Assembly (NCBI GenBank): GCA_039800105.1 | Contig: JBDLRI010000098.1 | Location: 4,427-68,426 of the forward strand | Source of the DNA: Pseudomonadota bacterium | GTDB taxonomy: Bacteria; Myxococcota_A; UBA796; SXON01 | Length of the DNA stretch: 64,000 nucleotides | Direction: 5' to 3' | Part shown: piece by piece, positions 18,262-27,624 of the stretch | Numbering within the stretch: position 1 is the first letter of the stretch | How the letters are laid out: each line of letters starts with the position of its first letter | Notes under the pieces: model-generated | Databases searched by the model: none | The model's input: the letters and a program-made list of their open reading frames with translations, nothing else | Told to the model about the DNA's origin: nothing | Position numbers and translations under genes: made by a program

Positions 18262-18290
18262 CTTATGCGCCTCGGGGGGTGTCGTGTCAA
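18262..18290 (-). promoter_or_regulatory. Candidate sigma70-type promoter for the VKOR operon
   Basis: On the minus strand: TTGACA (18285-18290) - 17 nt - CATAAG (18262-18267). GGGAG Shine-Dalgarno lies about 6 nt before the ATG at 18228. Confidence 0.35.
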
Positions 18291-18329
18291 GAGCCGCGCT
18301 CGGAAAAGTTCCAGCATACGGTCCGGACG

Positions 18330-19148
18330 CTAGACTCCGACGGGGGAGAACGGTCGCGGCGTCACCCCGCTCGCCCGCGCGAGCGGCGTGCAATCGACCA
18401 CGTCATCCGTCGCGAAGGCGCGCAGCAGTTCGGGCTGGAATCCGCCCATGCGCCCGGCGGCGCGCGCGGCGACATCGGCCGGCACGCCGACGACCCGACG
18501 GCGCGTGCCCGCGAGCGCCGACACGATGTCCCGCATGGTGAGGGCCTCCGGCCCCCCTGCGTCGAACGCGACGTTCCACGTGTCGCGTCCCACGAGCGCG
18601 AGGGCAGCGGCCGCGAAGTCCTCGACGTGGACGGGCTGACGCCGCACGTCGGGGCTTCCGACGACCGGCACGACCGGGAGACGGCGGGCGAGCCGCGCCA
18701 GGCGGTGGAAGCTCTCCACGTGTCGCGGGCGGTGTGTCGGGTGGACCGGGCCATAGGGCGCGCATGGCCGCAGGATGATCCATGGCGCGCGTCCCGCACG
18801 CAGGCGCGCCTCGTCCTCACGGCGGGATCGGGCGTACGCCGCGTCGGTGTCCCAGTGCACGACGGTGCTCGAGCCGTACACGGTCGGGAGCCCCCAGCCG
18901 AGCACGGCGTCCATCATCGCGCGGTTCCGTGCCTGCGCATCCTCCGACATGACCTTCGCGGCGAGGTGAACGACCACATCGACGTTCACGGGGCGGAACG
19001 CCGTGAGGTCGCTCGTGACCGGGATCACCTCGGGCAACAGCAGCGGCGTGGTGTGCCACAGGCCGAGCACGGTGTGGCCGGCGCGCGCGGCGACCGAGCA
19101 GAACCAGCTTCCCACGAAGCTCGACGCACCGGTGACGAGGATCCGCAT
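18330..19148 (-). CDS. NAD-dependent epimerase/dehydratase family protein
   Basis: Start at ATG 19148 (MRILVTGASSFVGSW, Rossmann GxxGxxG). About 272 aa. The rest of the 485-aa track ORF overlaps trmB out of frame. Confidence 0.75.
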   Translation of the reverse strand: MRILVTGASSFVGSWFCSVAARAGHTVLGLWHTTPLLLPEVIPVTSDLTAFRPVNVDVVVHLAAKVMSEDAQARNRAMMDAVLGWGLPTVYGSSTVVHWDTDAAYARSRREDEARLRAGRAPWIILRPCAPYGPVHPTHRPRHVESFHRLARLARRLPVVPVVGSPDVRRQPVHVEDFAAAALALVGRDTWNVAFDAGGPEALTMRDIVSALAGTRRRVVGVPADVAARAAGRMGGFQPELLRAFATDDVVDCTPLARASGVTPRPFSPVGV

Positions 19149-19167
19149 GCTCCCTCCGTCCTCGCGG

Positions 19168-19848
19168 TTATCCGGCCGGCGCCGGCACGCCCGGTGGCGA
19201 GGCCCACGTTCCGCGATGCACGGGCAGGCCATCGCGCTTGCAGACCCGTTCGCGTCGCGACAGCACCGGCCCGTACCAGGGCGGCCCCTCGACCGCGGTC
19301 CACGACGCGAAGCAAGCGCACGCCCAGCGGAAATAGCCCTCGACGTCGGTGGCGAGGTGGACGACGCCGCCCGGCCGCAACACCCGCGCGAGGTCCGCCA
19401 CGAGGGCCGGCGTGAGCAGGAGGTGACGCGGGTTGCGCGTGGGCGTGGGAAAGAGGATGTAGGCGGCGTCGAGGCAGGCGTCCGGCAGGACCGCCGCCAG
19501 CACCGTGCGGGCGTCCGCGCGCACGAGCATGCAGTTTTCCGGCGCATGCGGCGCGGCGGCGAGCACCCGCGCCTCGCGGATCTCCAGGCCGAGCCACCGC
19601 ACGTCCGGGAAGCGGCGGGCGTGGTCGAGGATGCGCATGCCGTGGTCGAACCCGATCTCCAGCGCCACCCGGGGGGCGTTGCGGGGGGATGCCCCCCCGC
19701 CCCAGGAGGGGTCGACGAAGGACCGCACGGCGTCCCGCGTCGCGCGATGGGCGGGCTGATCGAACAGCAAGCTTCCCTGCAACGCACCGCGCACGCGGTC
19801 GCCGCTGGGATGGTCGAGCAGCGCGGGCGGTTCCCAGGGTTCGGTCAC
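19168..19848 (-). CDS. trmB: tRNA (guanine46-N7)-methyltransferase
   Basis: GTG start at 19848 with AGGAG upstream. Has VALEIGFDHG (SAM motif I), WLGLEIR, ILFPTP and VHLATD. Repeat copy 3 is inserted just before motif I (SWGGGASPRNAPR). Confidence 0.8.
   Translation of the reverse strand: MTEPWEPPALLDHPSGDRVRGALQGSLLFDQPAHRATRDAVRSFVDPSWGGGASPRNAPRVALEIGFDHGMRILDHARRFPDVRWLGLEIREARVLAAAPHAPENCMLVRADARTVLAAVLPDACLDAAYILFPTPTRNPRHLLLTPALVADLARVLRPGGVVHLATDVEGYFRWACACFASWTAVEGPPWYGPVLSRRERVCKRDGLPVHRGTWASPPGVPAPAG
19671..19704 (-). repeat. GC-rich hairpin repeat, copy 3
   Basis: + strand is GGGGGGCGTTGCGGGGGGATGCCCCCCCGCCCCA. Lies inside the trmB CDS. Confidence 0.9.
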
Positions 19849-19897
19849 GGGGCGTCTCCTACCCTGCGGACCCGAGCGCGTCGCGATAGCCGCCGGC

Positions 19898-20725
19898 ATG
19901 CGAAACGCCGAGGTGATCGAGATGGTGGGGCGGCGCGTGCGGGTACGCGCGCCGGACGGCACGGAGGCCGTGCTGCCCGCGAAGGGGGTGCCCGTCGTCG
20001 TCGGCGATCGGGTGTCCGTCGAGGCCGGCGTGGTCGTGGCCCACGCGCCGCGCGAGACCGAGTTGCTGCGAGGCGGTGGACGGACGCGGGTGCTCTGCGC
20101 GAACGCCACGCTGCTCGTGGCGGTCAGCGCCGCCAGCACACCGCCCATGCGCGCCGGACTCGTGGATCGCCTGCTGGTGGCGGCCAGCGCCGCGGGCATG
20201 GACGCGGCCCTGGTGCTCAACAAGTGCGACGAGGGCATGGAGGAACACGACCTGGAGATGCTCGCTCGCTACGAGGCCCTGGGCCACGCGATCTTTCTCG
20301 TGAGCGCAGCGCAGCGCAAGGGCTTCGACGCGCTGAACGCCCACCTGGCCGCGCACACCACCGTGCTCGTCGGCCACTCCGGCGTCGGCAAGACCAGCAT
20401 GCTGCGGGTGCTCGTGCCCGACAGCCAGGATCGACCCGTGGGCGGACTGGACCCGTGGGGACGCGGGCGCCACACGACGACCGGCGCCGTGATGTTCGAT
20501 CTGCCCGGCGGGGGGCGCGTGATCGACGTCCCCGGCGTGCGGGAGTTCGGCGTCGAGTACGTCGATCGCGCGGAGCTGCGCTTGCACTTCCCGGAGCTCG
20601 CCAGCCTGCGCTGCCGCTACCGATCCTGCCTTCACGACGGCGAAGATGGCTGCGTGGCGGAGGACGAGGTCCACCTCGACCGGCTCGACAGCTACCGGAA
20701 GCTCCTCGAGGAGACGGTGAGCTAG
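19898..20725 (+). CDS. rsgA: Ribosome small-subunit-dependent GTPase A
   Basis: 275 aa. Circularly permuted GTPase with LNKCD (G4) before GHSGVGKTS (G1). C-terminal zinc knuckle CRYRSCLHDGEDGC. Confidence 0.9.
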   Translation: MRNAEVIEMVGRRVRVRAPDGTEAVLPAKGVPVVVGDRVSVEAGVVVAHAPRETELLRGGGRTRVLCANATLLVAVSAASTPPMRAGLVDRLLVAASAAGMDAALVLNKCDEGMEEHDLEMLARYEALGHAIFLVSAAQRKGFDALNAHLAAHTTVLVGHSGVGKTSMLRVLVPDSQDRPVGGLDPWGRGRHTTTGAVMFDLPGGGRVIDVPGVREFGVEYVDRAELRLHFPELASLRCRYRSCLHDGEDGCVAEDEVHLDRLDSYRKLLEETVS

Positions 20726-20734
20726 CCGGCGGGC

Positions 20735-21910
20735 TCAGACCTCGAGCAGCATGCGCTCGGGGTTCTCGAGGCACTCCTTGATGCGGACCAGGAAGGTGAC
20801 GGCCTCGCGCCCATCCAGCAGGCGGTGGTCATAGCTCACCGCAAGGTACATCATGGGCCGGATGACGATCGCGTCGTCGACGACCACGGCGCGCTTCTGG
20901 ATGGCGTGCATGCCGAGGATCGCGACCTGCGGCGGGTTGAGGATCGGCGTGCTCATCATGGAGCCGAAAATCCCGCCGTTGGAGACGGTGAACGTGCCGC
21001 CGGTCAGGTCGTCCACGGAGAGCTGGTTGGCGCGCGCACGCTCCCCGAACGTCGCGATGGCCTGCTCGGTCTCCGCGAAGCTGAGGCGGTCGGCGTGACG
21101 GAGCACCGGCACGACGAGGCCGCGTGGCCCGGAGACCGCCACGCCCACGTGATAGTAGTGCTTGTACACGATGTCGGTGCCGCGGATCTCCGCGTTGGCG
21201 GCGGGGACGGCCTTGAGCGCGTCGATGGCGGCCTTCACGAAGAACGACATGAAGCCGAGCTTGATCCCGTACTTCTTCGTGAAGCGGTCCTGATGGCGCT
21301 CGCGCAGCGCCATGATGGCGCTCATGTCGACCTCGTTGAAGGTCGTGAGGATGGCAGCCTCCGACTGCGCCTGCACCAGCCGCTCCGCGATGCGCTTGCG
21401 AAGCGTCGTCATCGGGACGATCTCCTCGACCGCATCGCCCGCGACAACAGCCGGGGCGGCAGCCTTCGGCGGTGCCTGGACGGCGACGGGCTTCTGCGCG
21501 GCCGCTGCGACGTCCGCGCGCGTGACACGTCCGCCCTTGCCCGAACCGGACACGTGGGCGACATCGACACCGGCCTCGTGGGCGGCCTTGCGCACCGACG
21601 GAGACGTCGGCGCACCGCGATCGGACGCGGGCGCGGCCGCAGCCGCGGCGGCCGGGGTGGCCTCGGCGACGGCGCCGGCCTCGACCCGGGCGATCGCCTG
21701 TCCGATGGCGACCTCGGCCCCTTCCGCCACGAGCAGCTCGGCCACCCGCCCCGCGACGGGCGACGGGACCTCGACGCTGGCCTTGTCGGAGTCGAGCTCC
21801 ACGAGCGCCTCGTCCGCGGCCACGACGTCGCCGACCTTCTTCTTCCAGCGCGCGATCGTGGCGGTCGTCACCGACTCGCCCATCGAGGGGACCAGCACAT
21901 CCAGGGCCAT
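20735..21910 (-). CDS. sucB: Dihydrolipoyllysine-residue succinyltransferase (2-oxoacid dehydrogenase E2)
   Basis: Start at ATG 21910 ([22 protein letters not shown]). Lipoyl motif [11 protein letters not shown], a PSBD-like segment, and catalytic [12 protein letters not shown]. No E1 or E3 gene is adjacent. Confidence 0.88.
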   Translation of the reverse strand: MALDVLVPSMGESVTTATIARWKKKVGDVVAADEALVELDSDKASVEVPSPVAGRVAELLVAEGAEVAIGQAIARVEAGAVAEATPAAAAAAAPASDRGAPTSPSVRKAAHEAGVDVAHVSGSGKGGRVTRADVAAAAQKPVAVQAPPKAAAPAVVAGDAVEEIVPMTTLRKRIAERLVQAQSEAAILTTFNEVDMSAIMALRERHQDRFTKKYGIKLGFMSFFVKAAIDALKAVPAANAEIRGTDIVYKHYYHVGVAVSGPRGLVVPVLRHADRLSFAETEQAIATFGERARANQLSVDDLTGGTFTVSNGGIFGSMMSTPILNPPQVAILGMHAIQKRAVVVDDAIVIRPMMYLAVSYDHRLLDGREAVTFLVRIKECLENPERMLLEV

Positions 21911-21933
21911 GGGTGTCTCCGAGCGCCAACCTC

Positions 21934-22518
21934 CTAACGTGTGTCCGCGCGGCTTGCGCGGTGGATCGCGAGGGAAGCCACGTCGCGGAGGATCCACCGG
22001 GCGCGTGCGAGGGGCCGCTCCCATGCGGGGCTCCGGACAGGCCACGGATGCGGTTCGAACCCCTCCTCCCGCGCGATCCGGAGGGCGCGGCCCATGTGGA
22101 ACGGCTCCGTCACGACGAGGATGCGCGGGCACGTCCCCGCGAGAAGCCCCCGTGCGAATCGCAGGTTTCCGAGGGTCGTGCGGCTCTTGTCCTCGCGCAG
22201 GATCGCGTCGGGAGGGACACCGGCCTCGCGGAGGAGGGCGGCGGCCACCACTGCCTCGCCGGGCGGGCGCGCATGGTGCGCCCCCGTGCACACGATCCGG
22301 GGGGCCAGCCCGGCCCGCCAGGCTTCAACGGCACCCAGCGCACGCGCACGGAGGGACTCGGACGCGGTGCCGTCCGGGCGCACCGCCGCCCCGAGGATGA
22401 CGATGGCGTCCACCGGCGACCCGGAACGCGGCACGCGCAGGCCGTCCCGCACCTCGCGCGCGGCCGGCGCCAACTCCGACAACGCGCGTACCGGAACGCC
22501 GACATCCCAACGACGCAT
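21934..22518 (-). CDS. DUF218 (YdcF/ElyC/SanA-like) domain protein
   Basis: 194 aa. [13 protein letters not shown]...[28 protein letters not shown]...[12 protein letters not shown] matches the DUF218 pattern. Confidence 0.75.
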   Translation of the reverse strand: MRRWDVGVPVRALSELAPAAREVRDGLRVPRSGSPVDAIVILGAAVRPDGTASESLRARALGAVEAWRAGLAPRIVCTGAHHARPPGEAVVAAALLREAGVPPDAILREDKSRTTLGNLRFARGLLAGTCPRILVVTEPFHMGRALRIAREEGFEPHPWPVRSPAWERPLARARWILRDVASLAIHRASRADTR

Positions 22519-22569
22519 GGCACCCCCTATCCGCTCGCCGCGGTCGCGTGCGCGTCATAGAGCGGCGCG

Positions 22570-23589
22570 GTGCGTCCCTCCCGCCTTGCGATCGAGTCCA
22601 TCCACGTCGTGGAGCCACCCGTGACGGTGCCGAGCGCGGCGCTGGAGGACGCCCTCGCCCCGACGCTCGCGCGACTCAAGCTGCCGCCGCGCCCGGTGTC
22701 GCTGCTCACCGGGATCGAGGCCCGGCGCGCATGGCCACCCGGCACGCGCCTCGCCGACGCCGGCGCGGATGCCGTCCGGGGCGCGCTCGCACGGGCCGGG
22801 GTGTCCCCGGCGCGCGTCGGGCTCCTGCTCTCCACGAGCGTCTCCCGGGAGGGCCTGGAGCCCTCTCTCGCCAGCACCATCCACGGGCGCGTGGGCCTCC
22901 CGGATGCTTGCCAGGCCTGGGATCTCGGCAACGCCTGCCTCGGGTTCCTCAACGGCATGGAGGTGGCGGGACACCTCCTCGGGTCTCGCGCGGTCGACGT
23001 CGCCGTCGTCGTCGCCGCCGAGGACGCCGGGCCCGTCGTGGCGCGCACGCTGGCGCGCCTGTCGCAGCCGGACACGACGGCCGCCGACGTGTGGGCGAAC
23101 TTCGCCACCTTGACGCTCGGAAGCATGGCGGTCGCCACGGTGCTGGTGCGCCCGGAGGACAGCCGGACCACCCACCGCGTGCACGGCTCTGTCTCCCTGG
23201 CGGACACCGCGCACAACCACCTCTGCCGGGGAGACCACGACGGCATGGTGACGGACAGCACCGCATTGCTCAAGGCTGGCGTGGCGCTCGCACGCCGCAC
23301 GTGGTCCCGCGCCGCGGAGACCCTGCCGGACTGGTCGCCTTCGACGCTCGACGCGTACGTGTGCCACCAGGTGGGCCGCGCACATCTCGCGAGCCTGGCG
23401 GACGCGCTCGGCATCCCCCTCGACCGCTGCGTTCCCACCTACCCCACGTACGGAAACGTCGGTCCCGCCGCGGTGCCCTTCACGCTCGCGCGCGCGGCGG
23501 ACCTCGGGGCGGTGCGTCCGGGTCACCACGTCGCGCTCATGGGCATCGGTTCCGGCCTCAACGTCTGCATGATGGGGGTCACATGGTGA
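22570..23589 (+). CDS. oleA: OleA, thiolase-fold (FabH-like) acyl-CoA condensing enzyme
   Basis: 339 aa. Active-site Cys in DLGNACLGF. Later VCHQVG and YGNVGPAAVP motifs. First gene of a four-gene oleABCD arrangement. Confidence 0.8.
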   Translation: MRPSRLAIESIHVVEPPVTVPSAALEDALAPTLARLKLPPRPVSLLTGIEARRAWPPGTRLADAGADAVRGALARAGVSPARVGLLLSTSVSREGLEPSLASTIHGRVGLPDACQAWDLGNACLGFLNGMEVAGHLLGSRAVDVAVVVAAEDAGPVVARTLARLSQPDTTAADVWANFATLTLGSMAVATVLVRPEDSRTTHRVHGSVSLADTAHNHLCRGDHDGMVTDSTALLKAGVALARRTWSRAAETLPDWSPSTLDAYVCHQVGRAHLASLADALGIPLDRCVPTYPTYGNVGPAAVPFTLARAADLGAVRPGHHVALMGIGSGLNVCMMGVTW

Positions 23590-24464
23590 TCGAGCCCGCC
23601 TGGCGCGCGGAGTACCCGTTCGCATCGACCTGGGAGTCCGTCGGTGCGCATCGTCAGCACGTCGTCGACGAGGGCCCGCGCGACGCCCCGGTGATGCTCT
23701 TCGTGCACGGCAATCCCACGTGGAGTTTCTACTGGCGCCACCTCATCGCGACCTTCCGCGGGGAAGCCCGCTGCGTGGCACCGGACCACCTCGGCATGGG
23801 CCTCTCCGACAAGCCGCAGGACGGCCCGTACCGACTGGAGGACCGTATCCGCGATCTCGTCGCGCTGATCGAGCGCCGCGACCTGCGGAACATCACGCTC
23901 GTGGTCCACGACTGGGGCGGGGCGATCGGCCTTGGTGCCGCAGGTCGCCTGCCGGAGCGCTTCACCCGGCTCGTCCTCACGAACACCGGGGCGTTCCCGA
24001 GTCCGGACATGCCCCGGCGGATCGCGGCGTGCCGCGTGCCGTTGCTCGGCCCGCTCGCCGTGCGCGGCCTCAACGGCTTCGCCGGCGCCGCGGTGTTCAT
24101 GGCGACGGAGACGGGGTTGTCCCCCGTGGCGCGTGCCGGGTTGCTCGCGCCCTACGGCTCGTGGAGCGACCGCGTGGCCATCCAGCGCTTCGTGGAGGAC
24201 ATCCCGATGGACGCCGCCCACCCGAGCTGGCAGACCCTCGTGGGCGTCGAGGCCGGCCTGGCGCGTCTGGCGCATCTCCCCGTGCTGCTGGCGTGGGGCG
24301 AGCGGGACTGGTGTTTCACCCCGGCGTTCCGTCGCCAGTTCCTTCGACACTTCCCCGACGCGATCGAGCGCGTCCACCCCGAGGCGGGCCACTACCTCTG
24401 CGAGGATGCCCGCGCAGCGCTCGAGGAGGACATCCGGAGCTTCCAAGGGATGCGACCCGCGTGA
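23583..24464 (+). CDS. oleB: OleB, alpha/beta hydrolase (haloalkane-dehalogenase-like beta-lactone decarboxylase)
   Basis: Start at ATG 23583 (MVIEPAWRAEYPF), overlapping the oleA stop. Has FVHGNPTWSFYWR and VVHDWGG (nucleophile Asp). About 293 aa. The upstream part of the 638-aa track ORF is spurious. Confidence 0.8.
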   Translation: MVIEPAWRAEYPFASTWESVGAHRQHVVDEGPRDAPVMLFVHGNPTWSFYWRHLIATFRGEARCVAPDHLGMGLSDKPQDGPYRLEDRIRDLVALIERRDLRNITLVVHDWGGAIGLGAAGRLPERFTRLVLTNTGAFPSPDMPRRIAACRVPLLGPLAVRGLNGFAGAAVFMATETGLSPVARAGLLAPYGSWSDRVAIQRFVEDIPMDAAHPSWQTLVGVEAGLARLAHLPVLLAWGERDWCFTPAFRRQFLRHFPDAIERVHPEAGHYLCEDARAALEEDIRSFQGMRPA

Positions 24465-26041
24465 ACGTCGCGCACTGGCTCGAACGTCGTGCGGAGGAGA
24501 TGCCGCTGGACCTGGCGGTGCTCTCCCGACCGGAGAACCGGGCCATCTCCTTCGAGGACCTGCACGCGCGCAGCACGCGCTGGGGCCACGGGCTGCGACG
24601 CGCGGGAATCGAACCGGGCACGCGCACGCTGGTGATGGTGCGCGCCGGGGTGGACCTCGTCACGCTGACGTGGGCCTGCTTCAAGGCCGGCGTGGTTCCG
24701 GTGCTGCTCGATCCCGGCATGGGAATCCCCGGATTCCTCCGTTGTGTCCGACAGATTCGCCCGGAGGCCTTCGTCGGGATTCCCCTCGCGCACGCCGTGG
24801 CGTGGAGCGCGCCGTCCGCGTTTGAAAGCGTGCGTACCCGCGTCACGGTCGGGGAATGGGCCATCGGCGGACCGACGCTGGAGTCCCTCGCGCGCGAGGA
24901 CGGACGCCTGCTGCACCCGGCGTCCCCCGACGACGAGGCCGCCGTGCTCTTCACCAGCGGCAGCACGGGCCCCGCGAAGGGCGCGGTCTACACCCACCGC
25001 ATCTTCGACGCGCAGGTTCGCGCGCTGCGGGCCATGTACGGCTTCGAACCCGGCGAGGTCGACTGCGCCGCCTTCCCCCTGTTCTCCCTGTTCGACGCGG
25101 CCCTCGGCATGACGAGCCTCATCCCCCCGGTCAACCCGTCACGACCGGGACGATGCGACCCCGAGGAGGTCGCGCGGTGCATCCGCGCGTACCATGCCAC
25201 GACGGCCTTCGGAAGCCCGGCCGTGTGGAACCGCGTCGCGACGTGGTGCCTCGCGAACGCGTTCCGGCTCCCGGATCTCCACCGCATCGTGATCGCAGGG
25301 GCCAGCGTGTCGCCCGACCTCGTCCTCAAGCTGCGCATGATCATGCCGGGCGAGGTGCACACGCCCTACGGCGCCACCGAGGCGCTCCCCGTGGCCAGCA
25401 TCGCCGGCGAGGCGCTGGTGGGACCGCGCGGGGAGGCACCATCCGGGACCTGCGTGGCCACGGCACACGGTGCAGGTACCTGCGTCGGCCGGCCCGCGCC
25501 GGGCACCGACGTCCGGATCCTTCCCATCCACGACGGCCCCATGGCGGACGCCCCGGCCCTCCCGTCCGATGCGATCGGCGAGATCGTGGTCGCCGGGGAT
25601 GTCGTGACCCGCAGCTACGCGGGCCTTCCGGACGCGACGGCGCGCGCGAAAATCGTGGATGCGGACGGCCGCACCTGGCATCGCATGGGGGACCTCGGCC
25701 GTGTGGACGACGCGGGACGCCTGTGGTTCATGGGGCGTTTGGCGGAACGGCTGGAGACGACGGAGGGCCTGCTCTGCACCGACTCGGTGGAGGGCACCGC
25801 CAACGCCGTGTCCGGGCGACGCTGCGCCCTCGTGGGCGTGGGTACCCGCCCGAACCAGCGCGCGGTGCTCGTCGTCGAGGGCCGCACCGACGGGGCGCTG
25901 GCCACGCGGTTGCGCGCGGCACTCCCGCGCGTGGAAGCCATCCTGTTTCGGCGCTCCATGCCGGTCGATCCGCGGCACAATGCGAAGATCCACCGCCTTG
26001 ACCTGGGCCGCTGGGCGAGCGGTCGCGTTCGTTTGCCATGA
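24461..26041 (+). CDS. oleC: OleC, AMP-dependent synthetase/ligase family (beta-lactone synthetase)
   Basis: GTG start at 24461 (GTGA overlap with the oleB stop). Has FTSGSTGPAKG (AMP-binding motif), YGATE and the MGDLGRVDDAGRLWFMGR hinge. About 526 aa. Confidence 0.8.
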   Translation: MNVAHWLERRAEEMPLDLAVLSRPENRAISFEDLHARSTRWGHGLRRAGIEPGTRTLVMVRAGVDLVTLTWACFKAGVVPVLLDPGMGIPGFLRCVRQIRPEAFVGIPLAHAVAWSAPSAFESVRTRVTVGEWAIGGPTLESLAREDGRLLHPASPDDEAAVLFTSGSTGPAKGAVYTHRIFDAQVRALRAMYGFEPGEVDCAAFPLFSLFDAALGMTSLIPPVNPSRPGRCDPEEVARCIRAYHATTAFGSPAVWNRVATWCLANAFRLPDLHRIVIAGASVSPDLVLKLRMIMPGEVHTPYGATEALPVASIAGEALVGPRGEAPSGTCVATAHGAGTCVGRPAPGTDVRILPIHDGPMADAPALPSDAIGEIVVAGDVVTRSYAGLPDATARAKIVDADGRTWHRMGDLGRVDDAGRLWFMGRLAERLETTEGLLCTDSVEGTANAVSGRRCALVGVGTRPNQRAVLVVEGRTDGALATRLRAALPRVEAILFRRSMPVDPRHNAKIHRLDLGRWASGRVRLP

Positions 26042-27057
26042 GCGGAACGATGCGGGACGTGCTCGTCACGGGGGGCGGCGGCTTCCTCGGGCAGGCCGTC
26101 GTCCTGCGCCTGCTGGCGCGCGGGGTGGCCGTGCGCGTGTTCGCGCGTGGGGCCTACCCGCGGCTGGAGGCCGCCGGCTGCACCGTGGTACGGGGGGATC
26201 TCGGGGACGCCGACGCGCTCCGGAGCGCGACGGAGGGTTGCGACACGGTGTTCCACGTGGCCGCCCGCGCGGGGGTGTGGGGTCCCGCCGACGCCTTCGA
26301 GGCCACGAACGTACGCGGCACCCGCAACGTGCTCGATGCCTGCCGCGCGACGGGCGTGCGCCGGCTCGTGCACACGTCGAGCCCCAGCGTCACCTTCGAC
26401 GGAACGGACCAGATCGACGTCGGCGAAGCCCCCTACCCCACGACGTGGCTGGCGGACTACCCGCGCACCAAGGCGCGCGCCGAGCAGGACGTGCTGGCCG
26501 CGGCCAGCGCGACGCTGCACGTCGTGGCACTGCGACCCCACCTCATCTACGGGCCCGGCGATCCGCACCTGCTGCCCCGGCTGCTCGCACGCGCGCGTGC
26601 CGGGCGCCTTCGCATCGTCGGAGACGGCTCGAACCGCGTCAGCCTCACCTACGTCGACAACGCCGCTGCGGCACACCTCGCAGCCGCGGACGCCCTGACC
26701 CGGGACGGCGCACGGAGCCCGGCCCAAGGGCGCGCCTTCTTCGTCAACGACCCCGAGACGGTGGTGCTGTGGGCGTGGCTGAACCGCCTGTTCGCCGAGC
26801 TGGGCATCCCGACGGTGACCCGGCGGGTCCCTGCCGGTGTGGCCGTGGCGGTCGGGGCGGCCTGCGAGACCCTCTGGAGGGTGCTCGCACGGGAGGACGA
26901 GCCGCCCATGACGCGCTTCGTGGCGCGCCAGCTGTCGACGCACCACACCTACGACCTGTCGCCCGCCCGGGACGCCTTCGCCTACGCGCCCGAGGTCGAT
27001 GGCGAGGAAGCCTTCGCGCGCACCGTGGCCTGGGCGCGCTCTGTCGGCGGCGGCTGA
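26038..27057 (+). CDS. oleD: OleD, NAD(P)H-dependent 3-beta-HSD/extended-SDR reductase
   Basis: 339 aa. ATGA overlap with oleC. Has VTGGGGFLG and YPRTKARAE (YxxxK). Confidence 0.8.
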   Translation: MSGTMRDVLVTGGGGFLGQAVVLRLLARGVAVRVFARGAYPRLEAAGCTVVRGDLGDADALRSATEGCDTVFHVAARAGVWGPADAFEATNVRGTRNVLDACRATGVRRLVHTSSPSVTFDGTDQIDVGEAPYPTTWLADYPRTKARAEQDVLAAASATLHVVALRPHLIYGPGDPHLLPRLLARARAGRLRIVGDGSNRVSLTYVDNAAAAHLAAADALTRDGARSPAQGRAFFVNDPETVVLWAWLNRLFAELGIPTVTRRVPAGVAVAVGAACETLWRVLAREDEPPMTRFVARQLSTHHTYDLSPARDAFAYAPEVDGEEAFARTVAWARSVGGG

Positions 27058-27620
27058 ACGCAGGCGGTCCAGCCCTCCTCCGTGACGACGGCGTGGACAC
27101 GCTGATCGTGGGCCTCGACGGGAAGCTGCGGCACGACCTGGAATGCCCAGCCCGCGCCGACGCGCCAGGCGTCCGGGCGCAATCGGGCCAGGAGCCGGTC
27201 GTAGTGCCCCCCACCCTGACCGAGCCGATGTCCCGCCGGATCGAACGCCAACCCAGGCACCATCACGAGGTCCACGTCGGCAGGCGACACGACGTCCCAG
27301 GCGCGGGCGGGTTCTCCGATGCCGAAGGCCCCACGCGAGAGCTCCCCGCCCTCCGGCCACGCGTGGAGCACCAGGTCGGCACCCTCGACGCGCGGCAGTG
27401 CCACACGCACCCCGGCGGCGCGTGCCTGCGCAACGAGGCCCGCCAGGGGCGGCTCGCCGACGGTTGCAGCGTAGACGAGCAGCGTGCGCGGACCCGCGGA
27501 CCACGCGGGACTGGCGAGGACGTGCCCGAGGAGGGGCTCCGCACGACGCTGCCGCTCCGCGAGCGAGAGGCTCGCCCGGCGCACGCGCATCGCGACGCGG
27601 AGATGCTCCTTGGTCACCAC
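26982..27620 (-). CDS. 5-formyltetrahydrofolate cyclo-ligase
   Basis: 212 aa. Has LLVYAATVGEP, DLVMVPGLAFDPAGHRLGQGGGHYDRLL and VPQLPVEAHDQRV. The C-terminal ~25 codons overlap the 3' end of oleD (convergent). Confidence 0.8.
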   Translation of the reverse strand: MVTKEHLRVAMRVRRASLSLAERQRRAEPLLGHVLASPAWSAGPRTLLVYAATVGEPPLAGLVAQARAAGVRVALPRVEGADLVLHAWPEGGELSRGAFGIGEPARAWDVVSPADVDLVMVPGLAFDPAGHRLGQGGGHYDRLLARLRPDAWRVGAGWAFQVVPQLPVEAHDQRVHAVVTEEGWTACVQPPPTERAQATVRAKASSPSTSGA

Positions 27621-27624
27621 GCGG

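Noticed and set aside
22052-22063. GGTTCGAACCCC, resembling a tRNA T-arm.
   Set aside because: No acceptor, D or anticodon arms can be drawn around it, and it lies inside the DUF218 CDS. I found no convincing tRNA or rRNA anywhere in the window.
22548-24464. 638-aa ORF suggesting a larger fused OleB protein.
   Set aside because: Only the last ~293 codons (from ATG 23583) give an alpha/beta-hydrolase sequence. The upstream part overlaps oleA in another frame and is Arg/Gly/Pro-rich noise.
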